From the NCBI GenBank assembly GCA_964572925.1, contig CAZNGW010000001.1, positions 11,250 through 75,249 of the forward strand: 64,000 nucleotides of DNA, in the 5' to 3' direction. Source of the DNA: an uncultured Candidatus Cloacimonas sp. (GTDB lineage Bacteria > Cloacimonadota > Cloacimonadia > Cloacimonadales > Cloacimonadaceae). Positions 1-8,932 of this stretch are shown in pieces; the first letter of the stretch is position 1, and each line of letters starts with the position of its first letter. The notes beneath the pieces were generated by a model. That model made no database searches. It was not told the origin of the DNA and worked only from the letters and a program-made list of their open reading frames with translations. The translations under genes were made by a program, and so were the position numbers.

Positions 1-1617
1 TGTTTGATTGATGGTGTTCCCCAAGTAGTTCCGATGAAGGACATGCTTACTAATTTCATTGAATTCCGTCATGATGTGGTTTTACGTCGGACAATTTTTG
101 AACTGCGTAATGCGGAAGAACGGCTCCACATTCTGGAAGGTTACCGCATTGCCCTTGACCATTTGGATGAAGTGATTGCCACGATCCGGGCTTCGCAAAC
201 CCCTCAAGATGCCAGCCTGGCATTACAAGATAAATTCGGTCTCAGCGAGATTCAGGCCAAAGCCATACTGGAGATGAGATTACAGCGTTTAACCGGTCTG
301 GAAAGAGACAAGATAGAGGCAGAATATCGTGAATTGTTACTCACCATAGCCCGCTTGCAAGAACTGGTAAACAGCCGCGAAAAGCGCATGGCGCTGATCA
401 AGGAAGAAACTGCTGAAATCAGAGAAAAATACTCCGATAAACGTAGAACCGTGATAATTCCTACTCCCGCAGGCAGTTTTAATATGGAAGACCTGATTGC
501 GGACGAACTCGTAGTGGTTACCATCACTCACGATGGCTACGTAAAGCGCTTGCCCGTTGATACATATAAAGTTCAGGGTAGGGGTGGAAAAGGCCTCAGT
601 GCTTCGAACCTGAAAGAGGATGATTTCATTCAATACCTCTTTGTGGCCAGCACTCATTCCTATATTCTGCTCTTCACCGATCACGGCATGTGCCATTGGA
701 TCAAGGTGTTCGAGATACCGGAAGCCAGCAGAACTGCCAGAGGCAAAGCTATCGTGAACCTGGTAAAGTTTTCCGAAGGTGAAAAGATTAAGGCTTTCGT
801 TACCCTGAAGAACTTCCATCCTGAGCAAACCATTATCATGTGTACCCGCAACGGTTTGGTTAAAAAATCTCCCTTAACGGCATTTTCACGTCCTCGAGCA
901 GCCGGCATCAAAGCCATCAAGTTGCTTGAAAATGACGAACTCATCGATGCCAGGATATCCGAGGAAGGCGACGACATCCTTCTGGCCACCCGCAATGGCT
1001 ATAGCAACCGTTTCAGCGAGTCAGATATTCGGGCGATGGGACGCTTTACCAAAGGAGTGCGCGGCATCAGACTGCGTGAAGGGGATTTTGTGATCTCCAT
1101 GACTTTGGCCAGTGCCACAGATCAATTGGAAAATGGCGAACCAAATTCTGCCAGCATTCTGGCAATCTCCGAAAACGGCTTTGGCAAGCGCAGCCCCATT
1201 TCGCAGTATCCTGTGTCCAAACGAGGTTCCAAAGGCGTGATCACGATCAAAACCTCCAAGCGCAACGGTCATCTGGCTTCCCTGATGCTCGTAAACGACG
1301 AAGACGACCTGATGATCATCACGAAAGAAGGCATGATCATCCGTCAGAAAGTTGCCGATATCAGTCAGATCAGCCGTAATACCCAGGGCGTGAAGCTGAT
1401 CAATCTGGCTGCCGATGATGAAGTTCGCGATATTTCAATGGTTCCATCCGAACCTGATGACGATGCTCTCGACAAGGAAGTGGAATCCCTTAAGTCCACT
1501 CCCCGTATAAATCTGACCGATCTTGAGGATAAAGATCTGCCTGAAGTGGATGAGACCGAAACCGATCTTGAAGAAGATGTTACCGTTGATGACAGCGGTG
1601 ATGCAGATAACGAATAA
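1..1617 (+). CDS. gyrA: DNA gyrase subunit A, 5'-truncated by the window edge
   Basis: Contains LRLQRLTGLER-type coiled region (LEMRLQRLTGLERDKI), GyrA-box QGRGGKG, repeated beta-pinwheel blades and an acidic C-terminal tail. Confidence 0.97.
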   Translation, partial: CLIDGVPQVVPMKDMLTNFIEFRHDVVLRRTIFELRNAEERLHILEGYRIALDHLDEVIATIRASQTPQDASLALQDKFGLSEIQAKAILEMRLQRLTGLERDKIEAEYRELLLTIARLQELVNSREKRMALIKEETAEIREKYSDKRRTVIIPTPAGSFNMEDLIADELVVVTITHDGYVKRLPVDTYKVQGRGGKGLSASNLKEDDFIQYLFVASTHSYILLFTDHGMCHWIKVFEIPEASRTARGKAIVNLVKFSEGEKIKAFVTLKNFHPEQTIIMCTRNGLVKKSPLTAFSRPRAAGIKAIKLLENDELIDARISEEGDDILLATRNGYSNRFSESDIRAMGRFTKGVRGIRLREGDFVISMTLASATDQLENGEPNSASILAISENGFGKRSPISQYPVSKRGSKGVITIKTSKRNGHLASLMLVNDEDDLMIITKEGMIIRQKVADISQISRNTQGVKLINLAADDEVRDISMVPSEPDDDALDKEVESLKSTPRINLTDLEDKDLPEVDETETDLEEDVTVDDSGDADNE

Positions 1618-1630
1618 ACTTAATAAACTT

Positions 1631-2179
1631 ATGCTCCCGATAGTTGTTTTGCTTCTATCGGGAGCTTGTTCTATCCGTTACTTTATGCCGGTGGAAGGAA
1701 CCTTAACTGAAGAGCGGTTTGCAGTTGTGCGGACTGATTCTTTACAGATCGCCATCAGGCCACAGAGTTATCTTGGAAACTACCAGGACATCAATAGCCG
1801 ATTTTTTCCGGTGTTTGTCAGGATAAAAAACATCTCGGGAAACAAAATAAAGATCAGCGAAGGTTCTTTCGGCATTCTGGCTAAAGAGAAGCAATTTGAT
1901 CCGGTTCCTTTGCAATACATACTGGCAAACCTCAGGCAGAACTTTCTTTTAAATGATTTTAATGACCCATTCAATCCTTCCGACCCAGTGCAGGAAACCC
2001 TCGACCGGAACCGGGAGCAGGACATGTATTTCGAGTTGGTAAACGCTGCTTTCAGTTATGGAGAGATCTTACCCGGAGGGATAAAAGAAGGATATCTTTT
2101 CTATAACCGGGCTCTGAGCTCGGCAGGCAGTTTCAGTATTGACGCAGTGGGGCATCGCCTTAGCTTCATAAAGCGTTGA
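1631..2179 (+). CDS. Hypothetical lipoprotein
   Basis: Start reassigned to ATG 1631 to avoid overlapping gyrA; hydrophobic N-terminus with lipobox LSGAC; no family recognised. Confidence 0.65.
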   Translation: MLPIVVLLLSGACSIRYFMPVEGTLTEERFAVVRTDSLQIAIRPQSYLGNYQDINSRFFPVFVRIKNISGNKIKISEGSFGILAKEKQFDPVPLQYILANLRQNFLLNDFNDPFNPSDPVQETLDRNREQDMYFELVNAAFSYGEILPGGIKEGYLFYNRALSSAGSFSIDAVGHRLSFIKR

Positions 2180-2252
2180 TTCTCCACCCCAGATCAATAA
2201 TTTAAAAAACTGACACATCCCACAATCACCATCCTCTGACCCCACCCCTATA

Positions 2253-2318
2253 CCACTGTATATCCACCCGTATCCCTCCCGAATGGAATTAAGGAGGGTA
2301 GTGCGAGGATAACGGGGG
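2253..2318. repeat. Intergenic palindromic element, copy 1 (degenerate)
   Basis: atccacccgtatccctccc (2262-2280) matches 59505-59523 at 18/19 nt; loop gaatggaattaa, then G-rich arm ggagggtagtgcgaggat. Confidence 0.7.
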
Positions 2319-2354
2319 GAGTATGGCTGGCAAGCCAGGAAAGAGAGAGCAAAG

Positions 2355-2379
2355 CTAGAAAGCTGTATTATCTTTCTAG
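2355..2379. terminator. Possible terminator hairpin between convergent genes
   Basis: ctagaaag (2355-2362) and ctttctag (2372-2379) form an 8-bp inverted repeat; U-tract is weak. Confidence 0.35.
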
Positions 2380-2416
2380 ACTCTTCCTGATCCCGATAAT
2401 CCGGGTTCGAAATCCT

Positions 2417-3349
2417 TTATCTATATTCAAAGATAGTCCAGCCCTCTTTGCCCAAGGCCAGGAAGATATAATCATTGGCCAGAGCCAGATCATATACCGG
2501 AACAGTAAGATAGATATTGTTTATGTCTTCGGCTTTAACGGGATTGCTGATGTCCATGATCTTTACCCCGCCCATGCCTAAGGCTATGAACAATCGATTG
2601 TCTTTCACACGGATTTTTTGAATTTCATTGGTCATGCGGATCTGAGTGATAAGAACGGGATTGTTGGGGTTGAAGACATTGAAGGCCAAAAGGTTTTTAC
2701 CTGCTCCTACCCAGACTGTATTGCCATTCTTGGCCAGGCAGGTTGCATCCACGATCTGATAGTTTGTCCCCAGGGATCGAGGATTGTTTTGGTCGGTGAT
2801 GTCCACCGCAACGAGGCCAAAATCATTAAGAGCGAAGATATAGGGATAACTGGCTAAAAAATCTTTAATACCCCATTTTTCGGAAAAGGTGGAAAGTATT
2901 TCCCGCATGGTTCCACCCCCGATGTTGATGATGTCTATGCCCTTAAAGCGATCTGCCACATACATAGTGGAGCCCTCGCGGGTTGTTTTGTCTCCGATGA
3001 TTGTTTGGGGAAAAAAGATACGGGTTCCCACATTCAGTGAATCCACCTGAATAAGCTGATTGGTAGGCTCTCTTGAGGCAACGAACAGGTAGTTTCCGGC
3101 ATGGGTTTCCATATCTTCTATGGTAAAAGGTGAAAAGAAACCGGTTTCCAGCTTTGGCTGCCAGGCATTGAAAATAGAATAAACCCAGATGTAGTTCTGA
3201 TTTCGGACATAAACCAGATCGTTGTCGTATTTGATTGAGAAGGCCTGAGCATTCTTCAGGTGGGCAAGCTGATGGATAAATTTGGTGTCTATGGCAAAGC
3301 CCGAAACGGCAATCGACAAAGCTATAAGGCAGAGGATGAAGTGTTTCAT
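2417..3349 (-). CDS. Secreted LVIVD-repeat beta-propeller protein
   Basis: Signal peptide; repeats such as YVADRFKGIDIINI, LVAVDITDQNNP, LFIALGMGGVKIMDISNP. Confidence 0.75.
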   Translation of the reverse strand: MKHFILCLIALSIAVSGFAIDTKFIHQLAHLKNAQAFSIKYDNDLVYVRNQNYIWVYSIFNAWQPKLETGFFSPFTIEDMETHAGNYLFVASREPTNQLIQVDSLNVGTRIFFPQTIIGDKTTREGSTMYVADRFKGIDIINIGGGTMREILSTFSEKWGIKDFLASYPYIFALNDFGLVAVDITDQNNPRSLGTNYQIVDATCLAKNGNTVWVGAGKNLLAFNVFNPNNPVLITQIRMTNEIQKIRVKDNRLFIALGMGGVKIMDISNPVKAEDINNIYLTVPVYDLALANDYIFLALGKEGWTIFEYR

Positions 3350-4332
3350 TTTCCCTCCAGTAACCTCTGGATAATGTTTTTGCTGGTGATACCTTCGGCC
3401 TGGGCAGCAAACGAAGGTAGGATTCGATGTTGCAGAACGTTTGTGGCGGAAGCTTTAACGTCCTCTTCTGCAGGAGTAAGGCGTCCATCCAGGGCTGCTC
3501 TGGCTTTGGCGGACAGAATGAGGTATTGAGACGCTCTGGGGCCTGCACCCCAAGCTACCCATTGCTTTATCTCCCTGGAAGCGTCTTCGCTATTGGGACG
3601 TGAACTGCGAACCAGATCAACGGCATATTTCAAAACATGCTCGCTGACCGGTAAAGATCGAATGGCCTGCTGCAATGAAATAATCTGATTACCGCTAAGC
3701 TGGGGTTTGATATGGGGAATGACAGTTCCAGTAGTACTTTCCGCGATCTTGAGTTCTTCTTCCAAAGATGGATAATCAATGTTAATATAAAACATAAAGC
3801 GGTCAAGTTGAGCTTCAGGAAGGGGATAGGTGCCTTCCTGTTCGATGGGGTTCTGAGTTGCCATCACTATAAAAGGTTTGTCCAACTGACGGGTTAGATT
3901 TCCACTGGTTACAGCATATTCCTGCATGGCCTGCAGCAAGGCAGCCTGAGTTTTTGGTGGAGTACGGTTGATCTCATCAGCCAGGATAATATTAGCAAAG
4001 ATGGGGCCTTTGATATATTCAAAGCGTTTATGGTCTGTTCCCGGTTCGTTCATTAGAATGTCAGTTCCGGTAATGTCGGAAGGCATTAAATCGGGAGTAA
4101 ACTGAATCCGGCTGAAAGATAACGAAAGTGCCTGAGCCAGAGAAGAAATCAAAAGGGTTTTTGCCAGGCCCGGAACCCCTTCCAGAAGGATATGCCCATT
4201 ACAGAAAAGGGCGATCAGCACATCATTCAGCACCCTGTCCTGGCCGATTATGGCATTGTGTATCTCGTTTAGCAAGTTTTGTTTCAAGTTTTTAAGTTCA
4301 TTTATTTCCGAGATCAGGTTGTGGTTAGTCAT
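3346..4332 (-). CDS. moxR: MoxR-family AAA+ ATPase
   Basis: HILLEGVPGLAKT Walker A, RIQFTPDLMPSDITG, LADEINR Walker B, ATQNPIEQEGTYPLPEAQLDRF. Confidence 0.95.
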   Translation of the reverse strand: MTNHNLISEINELKNLKQNLLNEIHNAIIGQDRVLNDVLIALFCNGHILLEGVPGLAKTLLISSLAQALSLSFSRIQFTPDLMPSDITGTDILMNEPGTDHKRFEYIKGPIFANIILADEINRTPPKTQAALLQAMQEYAVTSGNLTRQLDKPFIVMATQNPIEQEGTYPLPEAQLDRFMFYINIDYPSLEEELKIAESTTGTVIPHIKPQLSGNQIISLQQAIRSLPVSEHVLKYAVDLVRSSRPNSEDASREIKQWVAWGAGPRASQYLILSAKARAALDGRLTPAEEDVKASATNVLQHRILPSFAAQAEGITSKNIIQRLLEGK

Positions 4333-5329
4333 CTATTTTTTCTCCCTTGAAAATCTTAAGTAAAATCTCAGGTCCCAACCTGAGAAATGCAACGGCACCC
4401 CAAAAGCTCATCAGAATAGCCGTTAACACATGAGCAAAAGCCATAATTGCTGAGGCGGTGGACTTTGTCAACCCAAATCCCACACTGAAAATGATGATCA
4501 TCATCCATTCGTTGCTGCCAAGCTGAGCAGGCGGTTGCGGTAAGGCATAGGAAAGATTGATCAGAGTGTATCCAAACAGAGCCAGAGCATAGGGATATGC
4601 TATTCCAAACGCTTTAAAAAGCAGAAAAAAATACAAGCCGTCGAGCATGATTCCTATAGCAGTAAATACGGTAGCCAGCAGTAATCGAAGCGGATGATGC
4701 TCAAAAAGGTTCAGCTCGTTTACAAAGGTAAAGATAGCCTGATTGAGCTTTTCACGGTGTTTTGCAGGAAAAAGCTTCGACGGTATAAGCAGGATTGAAA
4801 TAACTGCTTCTTTCTTCCAGGCGGCAAACAACAGTAGAATGAGGGTTAAAAGAAACACAGCGATCAGCAACCCAAGCAAAATCATCATCGGTGAGCTGAT
4901 TTCTATGGCCGTAAATGGCAGAACGATTATGATAAATAGAATTCCAAGCGTATCAAATGCTTTATCGATGAAAACCGAAGGCAAAGCCCGGGCCATTGGA
5001 ATGCCATGATTTCGTTTGATGAACCAGGCTCTGGCCAGGTCGCCAGCCCGGATGGGGATCAGATAATTTATCATATTTCCGCCCATGGCGTAAAGCCAGA
5101 TCCTTCCTACCCCTGGTTTGGCAGGTTCTGGGACTAAAAGCTGCCAGCGACAGGCACGCAGAAAATATGCAGAAAGATAAACCAAGGCAGCCAGCAATAC
5201 CCAACGCGGTTCGAGTCTGGCAAAATAAACCCGCATCTCACTAATCGGATTGAAGACAAGCCAAATGGCCAATAACAAGATACCGATCGCCAATCCGATG
5301 ATCAGGCTGAGGGTATTTCTCCGGGTCAT
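4325..5329 (-). CDS. Lysylphosphatidylglycerol-synthase TM / UPF0104 flippase-like membrane protein
   Basis: Multi-pass membrane protein with LRACRWQLL, NYLIPIRAGDLARA and PPAQLGSNE (P.P.glG..E) motifs. Confidence 0.8.
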   Translation of the reverse strand: MTRRNTLSLIIGLAIGILLLAIWLVFNPISEMRVYFARLEPRWVLLAALVYLSAYFLRACRWQLLVPEPAKPGVGRIWLYAMGGNMINYLIPIRAGDLARAWFIKRNHGIPMARALPSVFIDKAFDTLGILFIIIVLPFTAIEISSPMMILLGLLIAVFLLTLILLLFAAWKKEAVISILLIPSKLFPAKHREKLNQAIFTFVNELNLFEHHPLRLLLATVFTAIGIMLDGLYFFLLFKAFGIAYPYALALFGYTLINLSYALPQPPAQLGSNEWMMIIIFSVGFGLTKSTASAIMAFAHVLTAILMSFWGAVAFLRLGPEILLKIFKGEKIDD

Positions 5330-6168
5330 TGAGGTCTGTCCGGAAGAAATAGCATAAAGTAATGATGAGCCCAGATTTGTTTGAATATATCTGGCGCAAA
5401 ACTTTCAATAAAACTCAAGCTCAGCATGCGTCTTTCAAAGTCCGGATCAGATCCTTGATAATATGGCAGGATCGAGACAGGTTTTGTAGGTGTGGCAGAC
5501 TCTGGAGTCTTCTTACCCAAAACTTTATTCAGCCAGAGCTCTTTGTTCATACCGATATCAGGCCAGGGTGGGCAATCTATAAAGCCTTTTTCTTTCAGGT
5601 ACCAACCATTCTTTTTCATCAGAAATCGGACTAAAGCTGGATCGATGTTCTCCGGATGCAGATCTGGAAATTTATCTGCGGTGTAGTCCTGTATCTGCAT
5701 TTTGTAGCCTAAACCGCTACGATTGGGAACGCATAACAGGATCGCTTTTTTGCAGCAGCGGCTGAGTTCGGATAAAAAAGCCCTCAAATCAGCCACAAAC
5801 CATAGAGCCGAAAAATTGAAGCCCAGATCAAAACTGTTGGTAGGATAATCCAGCTTGGAATAGTCCTTATTAACGCAAATTTGCAGGTTTTGAGCCAGAT
5901 TTTGCCAAAGAGCTTTGATTTTTTCCAGCCTGGCCTCATCATGGTCTTCAAGACTGATAGAGATGCCTTGCTTTGCCAAGCCCAGCAGATTGATCCCGCT
6001 TAATCCAGTAAATCCAAATGCCGGAGTTTCCAAGGCAGACAGAATGCCATATTCATCCGCAATGCGGAATAGGAGTTTATTTAAAATAATCCGCTCATAA
6101 GAAGAGCCCAATCCTTCATGGGGGTTAGAAAAGTACTTATCCCAGTCCTTGATAATTGGTATTGCCAT
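5326..6168 (-). CDS. Class I SAM-methyltransferase-like protein
   Basis: LDYPTNSFDLGFNFSALWF resembles the post-motif-II/III region of class I MTases; the Gly-rich motif I is atypical. Confidence 0.45.
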   Translation of the reverse strand: MAIPIIKDWDKYFSNPHEGLGSSYERIILNKLLFRIADEYGILSALETPAFGFTGLSGINLLGLAKQGISISLEDHDEARLEKIKALWQNLAQNLQICVNKDYSKLDYPTNSFDLGFNFSALWFVADLRAFLSELSRCCKKAILLCVPNRSGLGYKMQIQDYTADKFPDLHPENIDPALVRFLMKKNGWYLKEKGFIDCPPWPDIGMNKELWLNKVLGKKTPESATPTKPVSILPYYQGSDPDFERRMLSLSFIESFAPDIFKQIWAHHYFMLFLPDRPQ

Positions 6169-7151
6169 CAGTTTTTCAGATAGTCCTCAATGCAGAGCTT
6201 GAATTCAGGGATGGTGTAATGAGGATTTATTCCCTCGGCTTCCATGATCCCATAAAAAGCGCTTACATCGTAGAACCAGCTTTTAGAGATAAGTTCAAAG
6301 CGGCTGATCCAGAGTTCGTTTTTTATCAGTCTGGCCAGATGTTCGCCCCAAGTAAAAATGAGGCGGTCAAATTGTAAACTATGGGGGTAATTACGATTAT
6401 GTAGCTGCCGTGAGACAAAATCTACCAGAGCTTGCAGTTGGACTGGTTCACGATCTGCAACTGTGAGGGTAAGCCCGCTTTTCCAATCATTTTCGACTAA
6501 CCACTTGAAAGCTGTAACAACTGCATCGATATGCGCCAGATGAATCCACACGCGTTTGTTGATGAGGGGGAAGCGATAATGATGAACCATTTTTACAAGT
6601 TGGTAAGGAAAGCCTTTGTCGCCGGGTCCGTAGGTTATACTTGGACGCACAATGGCCGCTTTCAAACCAGTCAGAATGGCTTTATTGATGATCTTTTCCG
6701 ATTCTATCTTAGTGAAGTGATAATAGTTATCGGGATTTTTCTCTGTATCACGACCCGCTGGTAGTTCAACAGGGATTGCTCCAAAAACTCCCACTGAAGA
6801 GCAAAAGATCAACCTGGCATTTTTAGCCTGGCAGTATTCCACCATTTGCTCTGTGCTGTAGACGTTGCTTCGCAGGTATTCTTGTCTGGAGAATTTTCGA
6901 CCTCCTCTGAGAGCTGCAATATGTACTATTGTGTTGAATTCATTGGTAAACAGGAATTCTTTCAGAGCAGGTATATCCGCCAAATCTATCTCTACGATGC
7001 GAATCCTATCTTGGTTCGATCCCAAGCGACGAGAATCACTCTGAGGACGAACAAGAGCGCAAAATTCTACTTCAGGATGAGCTGAGACAAGCGAGGAGAG
7101 AACATTACGGCCGATCAACCCGGTTATACCGGTAATTAAAATTTTAGGCAA
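6168..7151 (-). CDS. NAD-dependent epimerase/dehydratase (extended SDR)
   Basis: ILITGITGLIG Rossmann motif, CSSVGVFG, YHFTK (YxxxK); TTG start at 7151 preferred over 7211 because it gives a short overlap with the upstream gene. Confidence 0.85.
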   Translation of the reverse strand: MPKILITGITGLIGRNVLSSLVSAHPEVEFCALVRPQSDSRRLGSNQDRIRIVEIDLADIPALKEFLFTNEFNTIVHIAALRGGRKFSRQEYLRSNVYSTEQMVEYCQAKNARLIFCSSVGVFGAIPVELPAGRDTEKNPDNYYHFTKIESEKIINKAILTGLKAAIVRPSITYGPGDKGFPYQLVKMVHHYRFPLINKRVWIHLAHIDAVVTAFKWLVENDWKSGLTLTVADREPVQLQALVDFVSRQLHNRNYPHSLQFDRLIFTWGEHLARLIKNELWISRFELISKSWFYDVSAFYGIMEAEGINPHYTIPEFKLCIEDYLKN

Positions 7152-7929
7152 AAAGCCTCTTGAGCCAACTGCGTCTCTTGTGTCTGTGTTGAGGTCTGTA
7201 AATGTGAACATATTGATAAGGGATGGATTTATGATTTGCTATTGAGGCAGGATATTCGTAAAAAAGAAGATGAGCTGTATGATTGTCGATCTGGGACTCC
7301 ACTTCGTCTCTGGCTTCAAAGTAGGAATAATATGCTCCACGTACATGATCGTCCGAGGCAATAAAATGTGTCCAACCGTTGTTAACCAACTCCCAGGCAG
7401 TGTTTTTAACCTTTTCGCCATATAAACCCAGAAGGCTGCCAGAATTGGTTTGTATATATACGTTTCTTTGCCCCAGGAAGCCAGCCCGGGCAGGTTTGCG
7501 CATTATGCTTACGTAACGTTCCGCATGTGCCAGAATCGGTTTATAGCCAGCTCTTAATAGAGGGAAGATGTTATTGTAAAAATCGTTGGGAAGCCCGTTC
7601 AATTCACTTTCTATGAGGACGTAAGGGCTATCACCCAGAGTTAAATTGTGTTTTTTAATATCTATCAGGATATCCGATTGCAGGAAGATTTCGAATCCTG
7701 GTATCAAGGTTATGGGGATTCCGGCTTCCTTCGCTTTGTCCGCTACAAAAGTGAATTTTCGATCATACTCAGCCCGGTCGTATTGATAATGTCCACGAAA
7801 ATAGTGCGATGTAAGATAAGCGCTTTTAATTCCTCCTTCAGCCATTTTAGTAAGCTGTTTCAGGGAATCCGCGATATCTTTGGAACCATCATCAATATTT
7901 GGCAAGAGATGAGTATGAATATCAATCAT
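7144..7929 (-). CDS. CpsB/CapC-like PHP-family protein-tyrosine phosphatase
   Basis: MIDIHTHLLPNIDDGS, TSHY, PILAHAERY, FIASDDH. Confidence 0.9.
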   Translation of the reverse strand: MIDIHTHLLPNIDDGSKDIADSLKQLTKMAEGGIKSAYLTSHYFRGHYQYDRAEYDRKFTFVADKAKEAGIPITLIPGFEIFLQSDILIDIKKHNLTLGDSPYVLIESELNGLPNDFYNNIFPLLRAGYKPILAHAERYVSIMRKPARAGFLGQRNVYIQTNSGSLLGLYGEKVKNTAWELVNNGWTHFIASDDHVRGAYYSYFEARDEVESQIDNHTAHLLFYEYPASIANHKSIPYQYVHIYRPQHRHKRRSWLKRLFA

Positions 7930-7932
7930 CTT

Positions 7933-8814
7933 TTAAGGCAGTTTCTCCTTTATCATTGTAACGAACTCAGCCAGAACGGCATTGTTTGGGAATGGTTTGA
8001 TCATGCGGGTAGATTCTTCCAAGAGGTTTTCGGCGGTTTTACGGGCTTTGTCGAAACCCAGAAGACCTGTGTAACTGGCTTTGGATACGGGAGTATAATC
8101 GTCATCGAGGCCATCGCTTCCTCTGGCATAATCTGCTTCAATATCTTCGATCATCTGATAGGCCAGGCCAAGATTGAGAGCATAGGCATTCATAATCTGC
8201 CGGGTGTTGTCATCCGCGCCGGCAAGCATGCAAGCAATATCAGCAGAAGCTTGCAAGAGTGAGCCTACCTTTTTCATGTCGATATAGCGAAGAGTATTAA
8301 TTTTCATTACTTTGCGGCGATTTGCCAGATCTACTGCCTGCCCACCCACCATTCCATAACTCTTGGCATAAACAGAAAGGATGCGGGTCGCTTCCAGAGC
8401 CATAGTTGAATCGCTGATCTCTCCCATAATCTCGAAAGATAGCGTATATAAAGAATCGCCGGCCAAAATGGCCACCGCGTTGTCATGTTCCAAATGCAAC
8501 GCAGGATGACCGCGGCGGCTTGTCTGGTTCATCAAGCTGGGCAGATCATCATGGACCAAAGCAGCATTATGAAGCAGTTCCACAGCAACTGCAGCCTTAA
8601 CAGCATCATTTAAACGGCGGTTTTTTTTGAATCCAGTCAGCATTTCAAAAATGGATAAAAGCAGTAATGGCCTCCATCTTTTCCCACCTGGAAACACTGC
8701 GCTATCTATGGCTTTTTTCAGTTCCTTAGCATGTTTGTTATCGTGCGACAATGCCTGAACCAGACCTGCTTCGATCAACTCTAACCTTGTCTCGAAATAC
8801 TTCTGTAGCAGCAA
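7933..8814 (-). CDS. Polyprenyl-diphosphate synthase family protein (IspA-like) with degenerate Asp-rich motifs
   Basis: GGKRWRP, ELLHNAALVHDDLP, RRG, AILAGDSL, GMVGGQAVDL. Confidence 0.85.
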   Translation of the reverse strand: MLLQKYFETRLELIEAGLVQALSHDNKHAKELKKAIDSAVFPGGKRWRPLLLLSIFEMLTGFKKNRRLNDAVKAAVAVELLHNAALVHDDLPSLMNQTSRRGHPALHLEHDNAVAILAGDSLYTLSFEIMGEISDSTMALEATRILSVYAKSYGMVGGQAVDLANRRKVMKINTLRYIDMKKVGSLLQASADIACMLAGADDNTRQIMNAYALNLGLAYQMIEDIEADYARGSDGLDDDYTPVSKASYTGLLGFDKARKTAENLLEESTRMIKPFPNNAVLAEFVTMIKEKLP

Positions 8815-8932
8815 AGCTTTCTCCCTATTTTGGCATGAGATTATTCTATATATCCATTTCTTTATCTACTAATGAAGATACCCCTGATTTGTCAAGTTAT
8901 TTCCGTGAAAAAATCAGTTTTCCGGATAGTTT

